Shown here piece by piece: positions 11,314 to 21,191 of a stretch of 64,000 nucleotides of DNA (the stretch's first letter is position 1; every line of letters starts with the position of its first letter). The notes under the pieces are model-generated. The model saw only the letters and a list, made by a program, of their open reading frames with translations, had not been told where the DNA came from and ran no database searches. Source of the DNA: Deltaproteobacteria bacterium (lineage in GTDB: Bacteria > Myxococcota_A > UBA796 > SXON01); NCBI GenBank assembly GCA_947484175.1, contig CANKOI010000004.1:3407-67406 (forward strand), read 5' to 3'. The position numbers and the translations under genes were made by a program.

Positions 11314-11873
11314 CCTGCCTTACCTTCGGTGCGTTTCCGGAGTTTCTCCACGACGTTCACCATGCTGTCGTTGGCCAGCCAGCGCCTCACCCAGCCCGGC
11401 GACCACACTTCGCTGATGAACTGACTGTGAAACACGATCGCCGAGCCGCGGCCTTCCGGTCGAACGATGAGGTGGCCGACCTCTTCGCGTACATCGCTCA
11501 CTTTGGTGGGGTCCTGCACCCAGGTGCACGTGAACGCCTCAGGGAAGCAGGTCCAATGGTCGTGGATCACGACACGGATGCCGAAGATGCTGAGCTCGAA
11601 ACGAACGAACCAGTCGTCCGGCGAGTTGCGGGCGTACTCGTCGAGCTTTTTGAGGGTGGGGTTCTCGGGTTTTTTGGCTTCGAAGTCGAGGGCCTCGCGC
11701 CACAGGAGCTCGGGGGGCGCCGCGACCTTCACGATGCCGGTGCTCACCGTCAGGTCGGTGGAGGTGTCGGAGCGAAGCACCAGCTCTCCCTTCTCGAACA
11801 CGGCGAGCTCGGCCGTGGTCATGCTCGGCCAGGTGGGGAGCGCGAAGGCGAGGGAGAGGGCGAGGATCAGCAC
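11310..11873 (-). CDS. SRPBCC/START-like secreted protein
   Basis: Signal peptide; VAAPPELLW..ALDFE and C-terminal PGWVRRWLA helix. Confidence 0.6.
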   Translation of the reverse strand: MLILALSLAFALPTWPSMTTAELAVFEKGELVLRSDTSTDLTVSTGIVKVAAPPELLWREALDFEAKKPENPTLKKLDEYARNSPDDWFVRFELSIFGIRVVIHDHWTCFPEAFTCTWVQDPTKVSDVREEVGHLIVRPEGRGSAIVFHSQFISEVWSPGWVRRWLANDSMVNVVEKLRKRTEGKAG

Positions 11874-11882
11874 GGTACCGCG

Positions 11883-12461
11883 CTAACCCGCGACTCGTCG
11901 ATTTGGTCCCGCGGCGCCGCTGGGCACCACCGTGACGAGCCGGACATCGTGCGGCTCGGTGGGTAACGACGCCACAAGCTGATCGGCGAACCCGACGCCC
12001 ACCGTGATCACTCCGCTCGGAACGCAGGCGAGGAGCCGATCGTAGAAGCCTCCTCCTCGCCCTAGTCGCTCCCCGTTCGGGGTGAACGCCAGGCCGGGTA
12101 CGAGCACCACGGAGAGCTCGTCGGGACGGACCAGAGGGAAGTCTGCCGCAGGCTCTCGGAGTCCGAACGGTCCAGGGAGCAGCGCGTCGAGAGAATGGAC
12201 GCGGTGCAGCACGAGGTCGGCGTCGACCACGCGGGGGAGAACGAGGCGCCCTTCGGCTGCGAGCGCGGCGAGCAGCGGGACGAGATCGACCTCTCCGGGC
12301 AGCGGGAAGAACGCCGCCACCGTGCCCGCGGCGACATGGGGGCGCAGCCACTCCCGGATCCCCAACGAAGCTTCCGCCGCCTCGGGCGCGGGTCGCAACC
12401 GCAGGCGCTCCCGCATCTCCCGCCGCAGGATCGCCTTCTCCGCTGCCCGCCCCCCGGTCAT
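11883..12461 (-). CDS. 5-formyltetrahydrofolate cyclo-ligase
   Basis: ATG at 12461; KAILRREMR, VLVPGLAF...RLGRGGGFYDR, EPHDV. Confidence 0.93.
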   Translation of the reverse strand: MTGGRAAEKAILRREMRERLRLRPAPEAAEASLGIREWLRPHVAAGTVAAFFPLPGEVDLVPLLAALAAEGRLVLPRVVDADLVLHRVHSLDALLPGPFGLREPAADFPLVRPDELSVVLVPGLAFTPNGERLGRGGGFYDRLLACVPSGVITVGVGFADQLVASLPTEPHDVRLVTVVPSGAAGPNRRVAG

Positions 12462-12500
12462 CGTTCCTCTGCGCCTGGGTACCCGGTAACGTCTGCGCGC

Positions 12501-13724
12501 GTGATAGCTGCGGGCGTGCGTCAGGTGACCTTCCAGCGCGTGATCGGTTCGGGAGCGTTCGGAACCGTATACCTGGCCGAGCTCGCCGGGCCCCGCGACT
12601 TCCGCCGCACCGTGGCCGTGAAGGTGCTGCTTCCCGGGCACAACGACAACGACTTGTTCGTGTCGAGGGTGCGTGACGAGGCGCGGCTCCTCGGTCTCCT
12701 GCACGACGAACACATCCTGAAGGTGCTGGAGCTGGTGCGGGTTGGGGAACGCGACGCTGTGGTGATGGAGTTCGTGGAGGGGGTGGACCTTGCAGGCTTG
12801 CTGGCTCCCGGGCAGCGCCCCCCCCCTCGCGCTCTCGCGGAGCTCGGTGCCGCCGTCGCAGGCGCGCTCCACGCCGCCCACACGGCAGTGCATCCCACCA
12901 CCGGCGAGCCGCTCAACGTCGTGCACCGCGACGTGAAGCCGTCCAACGTGATGGTGAGCGATCGCGGCGGCATCAAGCTGCTCGACTTCGGCGTGGCACA
13001 GGCCCGTTTCGACGCCCGCGAGAGCCGCACGGGGCAATTTGTGCTCGGCACGCTCAACTACATGGCCCCGGAGTACGTGATCACGGGTGAGGTGAGTCCA
13101 GCTGCCGACGTGTACGGGCTGGCTCTCACGCTCTGGGAAGCGGCCGTGGGCGAAGTCTTCGGGCAGCCGAAGCTGAAGGAGGACTCTCACGCGAAGCGGC
13201 TGGTGCAGCGCTTGGAGCAACTCCCGCCGGCTCACGCCGAGCTGGCCGCGGTGCTGCGCCCGATGCTCGCTTGGGAGCCGGTGGCCCGCCCGGCCGCCAA
13301 GGTGGTCGAGCAGCAGCTGCTGGCGGCCGCAGACCGGCTCGCGGGCATTGGCCTGCGCAGCTGGGCCGACGCCCACGTGCCCCCGGCCATGCAGAAGCAG
13401 CAGCGCGAGGCCAAGGACCTCGTGGGCCTCGCGGGCCAAACCGTGCCGGTGGCCGACCCCTCGGCTGGCGTTGAGGCGCCGGCGGAGGAGTTCACGATGC
13501 TGAACGCGTCCCCGCCTCCTTTCCTGAGCGGCGGGCGCAGCGTGCTCCCCGACGCGCCCCCTCGCGCTGCCGCCGCCCCGCGCCCCCCCCGTCCAGCGCG
13601 CCGTTCGGGCAACGCGGCGCTGGTCACCGTCGTCGTCCAGGGCCTCGTGGTGGGCGGCCTGTTCGGGCTGGCGCTGGTCGTTCTGCTGGGCGTGTACCTC
13701 TTCGTGACCCGAGCAGGAGGGTGA
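12501..13724 (+). CDS. Ser/Thr protein kinase with C-terminal TM helix
   Basis: IGSGAFGTVY, VAVK, HRDVKPSN, DFG, YMAPE; start approximate (GTG at 12501 or 12516). Confidence 0.92.
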   Translation: MIAAGVRQVTFQRVIGSGAFGTVYLAELAGPRDFRRTVAVKVLLPGHNDNDLFVSRVRDEARLLGLLHDEHILKVLELVRVGERDAVVMEFVEGVDLAGLLAPGQRPPPRALAELGAAVAGALHAAHTAVHPTTGEPLNVVHRDVKPSNVMVSDRGGIKLLDFGVAQARFDARESRTGQFVLGTLNYMAPEYVITGEVSPAADVYGLALTLWEAAVGEVFGQPKLKEDSHAKRLVQRLEQLPPAHAELAAVLRPMLAWEPVARPAAKVVEQQLLAAADRLAGIGLRSWADAHVPPAMQKQQREAKDLVGLAGQTVPVADPSAGVEAPAEEFTMLNASPPPFLSGGRSVLPDAPPRAAAAPRPPRPARRSGNAALVTVVVQGLVVGGLFGLALVVLLGVYLFVTRAGG

Positions 13725-14962
13725 GGGCCGCCCGGTGGCTCTCGGCTCTGGCGCTCCTGACCGTGGCGGGTGGGTCCGCAGCGGTGGTCGCTCGCCCCGA
13801 GCCGATCCTGCAGCCGGCCCCTGCCGCCGCAGACGCCGTCGTCGTCGCGCCTCCGCTCCGCTACGTCACGGAGTCTCGCGACGTGCGGGCGGGGGACACC
13901 GCGGGGAGCGTGCTGCGCTCCATGAACGGCCCGGTTGAGCTGCTCCTCTCCGGTGCCGGCAGCGCCTTGAACCGCGTTCGACCGGGTGACCGGTTCCATC
14001 TCGATTGGCGCCGCGGCGAGGCCCAGCCCTTTCGCCTCCGCCTCGATGCGGCCGCGGCGTACACGGCCGAGTTGGTGTGGGACGAGAGCCGCTACGTGGC
14101 CCGACAGGTGCCGATTCCCTACGTCGTAGAAGAGCGTGCGCTGGCGCTGACTGTACGCTCGTCGTTGTGGGCGGCCGCCACGGCCGCGGGTTTTGCGCCG
14201 GCGCAGATCATGGGGCTCGCTACCATCTTCGAGTACGACGTGGACTTCAACACGGAGCTCTACGCCGGCGCCAGCTTCCGCCTCGTGCTCGACCAGCTCA
14301 TCGCCGACGACGGTTCCCGGCGTGTGGGCGACATCCGCGCCGCTGTTCTCGAAAATGGCGGCAAGGAGTACGTGGCCATCCGGCACCGCTCTGCCGATGG
14401 CACAGCGAACTGGTACGACGCGAAGGGCGCCGCCCGGAAGAAGGCCTTCCTGCGCTCCCCGCTGGAGTTCTCTAGGGTGACGTCGGGGTTCACCACCGGC
14501 CGGTACCACCCAATCCTCCACCGAATGCGAGCCCACAAGGGGGTGGACCTCGCGGCGCCCAGCGGTACGCCGATCCGCTCGGTAGCGGACGGCGTGGTGA
14601 CGAAGGCCGGCTGGTCGGGCGGGCATGGCAATCACATCGAAGTGAAACACGAAGGCGGCTACTCCACGGGATTTTCGCACCTCAGCAAGATGCTGGTGAA
14701 GGGTGGCGACCGGGTGCGGCAGGGCCAAGTCATTGGGAAGGTGGGCAGTACCGGGATGTCTACGGGGCCGCACCTCCACTACGAGTTCATGGTGAAGGGA
14801 GTCCATCGCGACCCCATGAAGGCCATCGTTCCCGTCGCACGCCCGCTTGCCGACTCCGAGCGCCCCGCCTTCTTCGCCACCCGCGATTCCGTCCTGCCGC
14901 TTCTCGCTTCGGCGGAGGATGTGACCGCCGTCAAGGGAGAGCCCACGAAAGGCCAGCAATGA
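13721..14962 (+). CDS. M23 peptidoglycan DD-endopeptidase (MepM-like)
   Basis: HKGVD, STGPHLHYE, FLRSPL, YDVDF. Confidence 0.92.
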   Translation: MRAARWLSALALLTVAGGSAAVVARPEPILQPAPAAADAVVVAPPLRYVTESRDVRAGDTAGSVLRSMNGPVELLLSGAGSALNRVRPGDRFHLDWRRGEAQPFRLRLDAAAAYTAELVWDESRYVARQVPIPYVVEERALALTVRSSLWAAATAAGFAPAQIMGLATIFEYDVDFNTELYAGASFRLVLDQLIADDGSRRVGDIRAAVLENGGKEYVAIRHRSADGTANWYDAKGAARKKAFLRSPLEFSRVTSGFTTGRYHPILHRMRAHKGVDLAAPSGTPIRSVADGVVTKAGWSGGHGNHIEVKHEGGYSTGFSHLSKMLVKGGDRVRQGQVIGKVGSTGMSTGPHLHYEFMVKGVHRDPMKAIVPVARPLADSERPAFFATRDSVLPLLASAEDVTAVKGEPTKGQQ

Positions 14963-15135
14963 GGCCCCAGAGAAATTGTTTCAAGAAAGTATCTCAACTT
15001 TTCAGGGGCCTAACCGATGGCCAAAAAGTAGGAACAATCAGACGTATTTTCATGTGCCCCCCCTAAAGTTGGGCTCTGGGTGTTCGAAGGAGGGGGAGCG
15101 GCTGTTCCCCCAGACGCATCCACCCAAGGCGACCG

Positions 15136-15918
15136 ATGCTCTCCCCGAACTCCCCAGTCCTTGAGCTCCTCTCCACCACCCCTTCGGCCGAGGTCGATGC
15201 TCCCAGCCGGGCTCGCCTCCTTGATCCGGCGGCGCGGCAGGCGATGCTGGCGGAGCACGTGCCCATGGTGCGGCGGATTGCCCTGCGCATGGCGAGTCGC
15301 TACCCGGCTTGCGTAGACGTGGGCGACTTGGTGAACATGGGCATGTTCGGCCTGATCGACGCGGTCGATCGCTTCGAGTCCGACCGCAGCCTGAGCTTTA
15401 CGGCCTTCGCCCGCATCCGTGTGAAGGGTGCCATCGTCGACGAAATGCGCCGCACCGACTGGGTTCCGCGCTCGGTCCGGGACCGCGGCGATCGCATCCG
15501 CGAATCGCAGGAGAAGCTGCTGAAGGCCCTTGGCCGCGACGCCACGGAACGCGAGCTCGCCAAGGAGCTCGGTGTGAGCGAGGCCCGCCTCCAGGAACTC
15601 CAGTCGGGCAGCCGCATCCACAACGTGGTCTCGATGGAAGAGACCATCGGCGAAGACAACACCATCGGCGAGGCCATCGCCGGCGAGTGGGATGCTCCCG
15701 ACGCGGCCACCGAGGCAGCCGACTTCCGGAACCTCGTCCGTGGCGCCATCGGAACGCTCCCCGAGCGCGACCGCATGATCGTCGAGCTGCACTACTTCCG
15801 CGAGAAGGGCTTCAAGGAGATCGGCAGCATCCTCGGCGTGACCGAGAGCCGGGTGAGCCAGCTGCACACCCGCATCATGGAGCGCCTCCGCCCCAAGCTG
15901 GTCGAGCTCGACGCCTGA
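15136..15918 (+). CDS. fliA: FliA/WhiG-family RNA polymerase sigma factor
   Basis: RVKGAIVDEMRRTDWVPRSVR, KEIGSILGVTESRVSQLH. Confidence 0.93.
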   Translation: MLSPNSPVLELLSTTPSAEVDAPSRARLLDPAARQAMLAEHVPMVRRIALRMASRYPACVDVGDLVNMGMFGLIDAVDRFESDRSLSFTAFARIRVKGAIVDEMRRTDWVPRSVRDRGDRIRESQEKLLKALGRDATERELAKELGVSEARLQELQSGSRIHNVVSMEETIGEDNTIGEAIAGEWDAPDAATEAADFRNLVRGAIGTLPERDRMIVELHYFREKGFKEIGSILGVTESRVSQLHTRIMERLRPKLVELDA

Positions 15919-15922
15919 GCGC

Positions 15923-16441
15923 TTAGCTGAGGCCGTGCTTCTTGCGCACTTCGCGCAAGGCCCGGTTCAGCGCTTCCTGCCGCTCGACGGAGCCCTCCTT
16001 CACGTTCTTGATGCGCTCCTCGGCCTCGGCCCGGAGCGCTCGCTCGTCGACGTCGAAGGACTTGACGAGTTCGAGGAGCTTCTTGTAGAGGTCGTGGTCG
16101 TCGGTGTACACCTCGCCGACGAAGTTCGAGATCATGAAGTTCTCGATGAACTGCCGCGACAAGAAACGGTCGACTTCGTCGCCGGTGGGGTGGCCCCAGC
16201 CGTCGGCGATGCCTCCCCTGACCTTCCCGTACTGGTCGAAGGGGATGTTCTTGCGGTCCATCTCATCACGAACGGCCTCACGAAGGTCGTTGTCGCGGCG
16301 AAGGTAGGACTCCATGATCGCCACCAGATCGCTCGCGGCCTCGTCGCGGTCGCTGCCAGCCACCTCGATGTCGCCGTCGGCGCAGAGCCGTTCGATCACC
16401 GCCGTTGCGATCTGGGGAATACGGGTGCGGTACAGTTTCAC
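15923..16441 (-). CDS. DUF507-like protein
   Basis: MKLYRTRIPQIA...GDIEV, EVYTDDHDL, C-terminal KKHGL resemble DUF507 (recalled); GGAGG SD before the GTG. Confidence 0.7.
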   Translation of the reverse strand: MKLYRTRIPQIATAVIERLCADGDIEVAGSDRDEAASDLVAIMESYLRRDNDLREAVRDEMDRKNIPFDQYGKVRGGIADGWGHPTGDEVDRFLSRQFIENFMISNFVGEVYTDDHDLYKKLLELVKSFDVDERALRAEAEERIKNVKEGSVERQEALNRALREVRKKHGLS

Positions 16442-16502
16442 GGTCCTCCCTCCGGGGGCCGAGCGTATACCCCAGCCGGTCGGCCGTGGCGAGCGCGGCG
16501 CT

Positions 16503-19118
16503 TCAAGTGAGGGCGCGCCACGCTTGGGCGAGTCGGTCGTGGTCGAGCGGCATCACCGTTACGGTCCGGGGAAGTTCGCCGGCGAGCTCGGTCTGGGGGA
16601 TGAAGCCTTCCCGGATTTTCGCATCCACGAAGCTCTGGTAGGCCGCGTCGAGGTCTCCTTCCGTCTCGTAGGCGTGCAGATCGACGATCCGCGTGCCGTA
16701 GGGACGGCCGAAGGTGACGCGACCCCCATCGACGTAGCAAGCGTAGCTTCTCAGGAGTTGGGTGAAGTCCACCATCGGGGCCTTCTTGGCCTTTCGCGGC
16801 GCCGGGCCTGGAGCGCTCAAGGCGGGGCCCTCCCCACCGGTACCGCTGGCATAGACCGGCAAGGAGAACCCGTCGTTCGGAACTTCGTCCTGAGGCGGAG
16901 GCGATTGGGCCGCATCTTCCACGATCAGACCGAACGCGCCGATCGCAGGGGGCGGGGCTTTCGGCGGGGGTGCCGCCGTGTCGCCGACGGGCACCCCGAA
17001 GATGTCGCCGAGGTCGCCGGAGGGGGCGCCGGGGGGCTCCGAGGCGGGGGCCGAGGTGGGATGGGCGGTAGCAAAGGGGTCGCCGAGGAGGGGCGCGAAA
17101 CCGCCGCCGGCGGGGGCGCCGGCGGCGGCACCGGCGAAGGGATCCGACGCGGCAAAGGGATCGGATACTGCCACGACAGGAGTGGACCCCGCGAACGGGT
17201 TCTCCTGCGCAGGGGCGGGCTCCTCTGGCAGCGCGGCCCGCACGGGCGGGTCGGGCACGTGCGTCGGGTCCGGGGGGGCGGCCACCGTCGGCGCGGGCTC
17301 GCGGCGCGGGCGGCGGACCTCATGGCTGGCAGGGTTGGGGACCTTGCCGGCGGACTCGGGCATCACCACTGCGGGAGGCGGCGCCGCCGCCGGCTTCGCG
17401 GCCAGTTGCGGGTTGCCTCCCGCGCACACGGCCTCCCAGTCGGCCGCTGTGCAGCGGGCGAGCTCGCAGGCGTCGGCTAAGCCGTTCACGGGAATCAGCG
17501 CGAGCACACCGAGTTCGTCGTCCCAGGCCTCTTGGGCCCAGGCGGGCCTCTCGCCGGGGAGCTGCTTCGGCCGGCGGGCGCGAAGCGCCTCAAGGGCCGA
17601 GGAGTGCGCCACCACCCCGTCTCCTCGCAGCGTTCCCTCGATCAGAGACACCTGAGAGAGCGCCGGGGCGCCGGAGGGGCGCATGTCCAGCGGCGCGTGG
17701 CACAAGAGACGAAGCGCATCCTGCACGGCGGGGCCGCTGAGGCGCACCGTGGCCCCATCTGTACCGCCGCCGACAGGGCCCGTGGCCATGGACACTGCCG
17801 GAACCGGCAGCCCCACCGCCGGCCGTTCGCGCAACGAGAGCGCGAAGGCCAGGCCACGGGCCGCATCGGAGAACGCGAACAGCGCGACCGAACCGTCGTC
17901 GGACACCACCGCGCTCGAGCCAAGGGAGTCTCGCCAGTTCGAAACGGCCTCCCCCACCTCGCGCGAGAGCGCGACGGGCTCCGCCGCCGCAGTCCGCAGC
18001 ATCCCCGTGGAAACGGCGACGATCGTGGCGACCGTTTCGCTCCCTCGCGGCACGAGCAGCTGCCGTTCGATGCTGTCCTCGCCCGTGGGCGCCAAGCAGG
18101 CTGTGACCCCGGCGAGCACGTCCCACACCTGGAGGGCACGCAGGCTGCCACGCAAGGTCGCCGCCACGGCAACGGCAACGTCGGGCCGGCACAGCTCGGC
18201 CGCGCGCGCGCGGTCGGCGCCGGCCTTGGCGAGGGAGCCGGTCGCGACAACGCTCGCGAGCTGCGGCAGGAGGTGAGCCCACGCATCGGGCTCGGCGCGC
18301 AGCACTGCGGCGGGGTTTCCCCCGCCGGCCCGAAGCTCCGCGAGGTTGAACCGAAGGGCGAAGCTGTGGTCGGCCGGCGTACCCTTGCGGGCCTGCAGCC
18401 GGTCCAGCGTTTCGCGCACGGCCGTGTCGAAACAAATTCCCGCATCCTGCGCCATGGCTTCGGGGATGGGAGCGCCCGTGACGCCAGCGAGGAACGACAC
18501 GTCCATCCCTTGGGGGAAGCCGCCATGAACGAACAAGAACACCAACGGGTTCGCCGCGATCGTGCTGAGCAGCGCTGGCGGTCGCAAGCCATCGGAAGCC
18601 AACTCGGTGATCGCCAGCGCCAGCCTTGCCTGCATCGCCGCCGCTACCCCCCCCAGAGCCGCACCTCGCTGCCCGACGGGCAGCGTGTTCACCGCGTTCA
18701 CGCCTTCGCGCAGTAGCGGTCCCGGTGCGCTCAGAGCCGCCGCGCACAGGCGGGCGTAGTCCAGCGCAACCAAGCATGCCGCGCCGGCAGACAACGAAGC
18801 CCCCTCCAAGAGGAGCCGCTGCAGCCCGCGCGCCAGCGGGTCGTCCCGGAGGGCCGCCGTGAGCTCGGTCACGGTAGGCACCCGCGCCCCGGAGCGCACG
18901 TCGTCGAGGGCCGTGCGAAGGGCCCGGTCTACGGGGTCGGAGAGCAGATCGGAGCATGCGACGGGGAACGTGGGGGTACGGCCGTCGGCGGGGAGTCGCA
19001 CCCCGGGCAAGGCATCCACGAGGGCCGGAACGAGCGCGAGCGCCCGACCCGCGAGGTGAGGGCCGGGCGGCAGGTGACGCGCGTCGCGCACCAAGCGGGC
19101 AACGAGGTCGAGGTTCAC
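16503..19118 (-). CDS. Large hypothetical protein with degenerate class III cyclase-like segment and Pro-rich linker
   Basis: 871-aa ORF; segment DDGSVALFAFSDAARGLAFAL...SMATGPV...LSGPAVQDALRL follows cyclase topology without the catalytic residues. Confidence 0.6.
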   Translation of the reverse strand: MNLDLVARLVRDARHLPPGPHLAGRALALVPALVDALPGVRLPADGRTPTFPVACSDLLSDPVDRALRTALDDVRSGARVPTVTELTAALRDDPLARGLQRLLLEGASLSAGAACLVALDYARLCAAALSAPGPLLREGVNAVNTLPVGQRGAALGGVAAAMQARLALAITELASDGLRPPALLSTIAANPLVFLFVHGGFPQGMDVSFLAGVTGAPIPEAMAQDAGICFDTAVRETLDRLQARKGTPADHSFALRFNLAELRAGGGNPAAVLRAEPDAWAHLLPQLASVVATGSLAKAGADRARAAELCRPDVAVAVAATLRGSLRALQVWDVLAGVTACLAPTGEDSIERQLLVPRGSETVATIVAVSTGMLRTAAAEPVALSREVGEAVSNWRDSLGSSAVVSDDGSVALFAFSDAARGLAFALSLRERPAVGLPVPAVSMATGPVGGGTDGATVRLSGPAVQDALRLLCHAPLDMRPSGAPALSQVSLIEGTLRGDGVVAHSSALEALRARRPKQLPGERPAWAQEAWDDELGVLALIPVNGLADACELARCTAADWEAVCAGGNPQLAAKPAAAPPPAVVMPESAGKVPNPASHEVRRPRREPAPTVAAPPDPTHVPDPPVRAALPEEPAPAQENPFAGSTPVVAVSDPFAASDPFAGAAAGAPAGGGFAPLLGDPFATAHPTSAPASEPPGAPSGDLGDIFGVPVGDTAAPPPKAPPPAIGAFGLIVEDAAQSPPPQDEVPNDGFSLPVYASGTGGEGPALSAPGPAPRKAKKAPMVDFTQLLRSYACYVDGGRVTFGRPYGTRIVDLHAYETEGDLDAAYQSFVDAKIREGFIPQTELAGELPRTVTVMPLDHDRLAQAWRALT

Positions 19119-19119
19119 G

Positions 19120-19872
19120 TCACGGCTCCGGGGGTAGGCTATCCGATAAGCCGAAGGTGAGTGCCCCGGCAGCGGCAGGGTGGTCGGCGATCGGAGTTCC
19201 GTCCATGAGGCAAAGCGGCGCCCGGGCGGGGTCCGGTGCGTTGGGGCAGGGGGCTACCGGTAGGGGAGCGGCGGTCTCGGAGAGCCGCGCGAGGCGACCG
19301 GAACGGTGGATCGACGTGCAACGCCCCCCCGCTGCGCAGCGCTCGTACCGCAATTCCCACGACGCCGCTTTCGTGCCGCCGCTGTCGATCTCCACGCTGG
19401 CATCGAGCTCGCCCGCGTCGTAGCTCCCGCCCTCCCCGAGCGCCGCCCGCCACCGGAGCGCGCCGCCCTCCTGCCGCCATCCACCCTTCGCGCCGATCCG
19501 CACCTCCAGCCGACCGTCGTGCCCCAGCGGCCAGCTGCTCAGCAAGTCCACCGCCTCGCTCACCCGCGGAGACACTATCGGCCACACCGCGATCAGGTCG
19601 GCGCGAGCGGTCTCATCGAAGCGGTCGAGCCCCTCCAGCGTGAGCACGGTGCCATCCGCGAAGGCCCGGAGTTCGGCGCAGGACGCCGTGCCTTGGAGGC
19701 AGAAGAGCCACCCGTTGCTCCCATCACGAAAGCCGCGCACGAACTGCCGGCTGAGTACATGACGCCGCCCCTCCGTTTCGATGCTCCAGAGCGACGGCGT
19801 CAGCGCATCCGAGCTCCCGAGGGCGCCGTGGGGCAGGCAGCCCATTCCGAGCATGGCCAAGAGGCCGACCAT
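19120..19872 (-). CDS. Hypothetical lipoprotein
   Basis: ATG at 19872 overlaps the Crp stop (TGATG); MVGLLAMLGMGC lipobox. Confidence 0.65.
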   Translation of the reverse strand: MVGLLAMLGMGCLPHGALGSSDALTPSLWSIETEGRRHVLSRQFVRGFRDGSNGWLFCLQGTASCAELRAFADGTVLTLEGLDRFDETARADLIAVWPIVSPRVSEAVDLLSSWPLGHDGRLEVRIGAKGGWRQEGGALRWRAALGEGGSYDAGELDASVEIDSGGTKAASWELRYERCAAGGRCTSIHRSGRLARLSETAAPLPVAPCPNAPDPARAPLCLMDGTPIADHPAAAGALTFGLSDSLPPEP

Positions 19873-20564
19873 CAGCCGTCGCGCAGCGCCCGCAGCCGCT
19901 CTTCGTCGAGGAGGATTACGCGCTTGCCCTCGGTCAGGATGAGGCCTTCCTTCCGAAGGTCGAGGATCGCAAAACTCACGGTTTCGCGGGTGGCCCCGAT
20001 GAGGCTGGCGATCTCCTTGTGCGTGAGCTTGAGATTCACGATGCGACCGCGACTGTCGCGCACGCCGAAGGTGTCGCCGAGGTCGAGGAACAGCGCGGCG
20101 AGCCGCGAGTGGGCGCTCTTGAAGAGCAGGCTCTCCACCCGGTTCTCGAGGCGTTGACGGCGCTCGCCCACCAGCCGAATCATGCGCATGGCCAACGGCG
20201 GGTGCCGCATCATCACCCGCACGAAGTCGTCTTTGGGAATGGCGAGGAGCTGCGAGTCTTCGTAGGCCTCGCAGGTGGTGTCGTGCGGGGCTTCGTTCAC
20301 GACTCCGAGTTCGCCTACCAGCGCGTCGCGGGTGTAGAACCCGAGGGTGAGCTCCCGCCCCTCGTCGTTCGTCTTGCTCAGCTTTACGATCCCTGCCCGA
20401 AGGATGTACATGGTGTTCGCTGCGTCTCGGGGCTCCCACACGAGCGCTCGGCGGCGGAGGTCGATCGACTCGCTCACCTGGTCGAGCAGTTCCAACTCAC
20501 GCTCGGGCAGGTCTGCCAGCATGGGCGTCTGTCGAAGGAACCAGGCCTTGGTCTTGGAGATCAC
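19872..20564 (-). CDS. Crp/Fnr-family transcriptional regulator
   Basis: cNMP domain (YILRAGIVKL, GELG) and HTH LTHKEIASLIGATRETVS; GTG at 20564. Confidence 0.93.
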   Translation of the reverse strand: MISKTKAWFLRQTPMLADLPERELELLDQVSESIDLRRRALVWEPRDAANTMYILRAGIVKLSKTNDEGRELTLGFYTRDALVGELGVVNEAPHDTTCEAYEDSQLLAIPKDDFVRVMMRHPPLAMRMIRLVGERRQRLENRVESLLFKSAHSRLAALFLDLGDTFGVRDSRGRIVNLKLTHKEIASLIGATRETVSFAILDLRKEGLILTEGKRVILLDEERLRALRDG

Positions 20565-20630
20565 GGACGCCCTCGTGCGCGCCGGGCTGGCGCAGGTACC
20601 ATGTAACCGAAGCGTGCAGGGGAGGCGGAC

Positions 20631-21182
20631 GTGGAGAGCGCGGGACCAAAGCGGATAGAAGAAGCGGTGATCCTCGCGGCGGGGGCCAGCCGCCGCATGG
20701 GCGAGCCGAAGGCGCTCCTGTCTCTCGATGGCGAGCCGTTGGTGGTGGCCCATGTGCGGGCGTTTGAAGCGGTCGGTCTGCGGGTGACGGTGGTGGTCGG
20801 CGCCTGCGGAAACGACGTTGTGGCCGTGCTCCCCGCGAGTGTGCGGGTGGTGTGGAACGAGGCGTGGGCCAGCACCGGTCCGGCGGAGTCGGCCGCGCTG
20901 GGGCTGGCCGGGATGGGGCCCGCGCTCCTCACCCCGGTGGACGTTCCGCCGGCCTGTCGAGCCGACCTTCAGGCCCTGATCGCCGCGCGCGGCCCGGCCG
21001 TGCTCCAATTCGAGGGCGTCGACGGTCACCCCGTGCGCCTCGACCCGCCCCACGAGCCGATCCGCCTGGACGTCCGATTGCGGTCTGCTGGGCGGCTCGT
21101 GTCGGCCGACCCCGACCGGGTCCTGAACCTGAACTCCCCGCCGGAGTGGTCCGCGTGGCTCGGCGGTCGTGGTCGCGGATAG
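20631..21182 (+). CDS. MocA/MobA-like NTP transferase
   Basis: AVILAAGASRRMGEPKALL, TPVDVP, GHPV, NLNSP. Confidence 0.85.
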   Translation: MESAGPKRIEEAVILAAGASRRMGEPKALLSLDGEPLVVAHVRAFEAVGLRVTVVVGACGNDVVAVLPASVRVVWNEAWASTGPAESAALGLAGMGPALLTPVDVPPACRADLQALIAARGPAVLQFEGVDGHPVRLDPPHEPIRLDVRLRSAGRLVSADPDRVLNLNSPPEWSAWLGGRGRG

Positions 21183-21191
21183 CGGGGCACG

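Noticed and set aside
12462-12500. 6S RNA upstream of the 5-formyl-THF cyclo-ligase
   Set aside because: Only about 40-55 bp separate it from the divergent kinase; no room.
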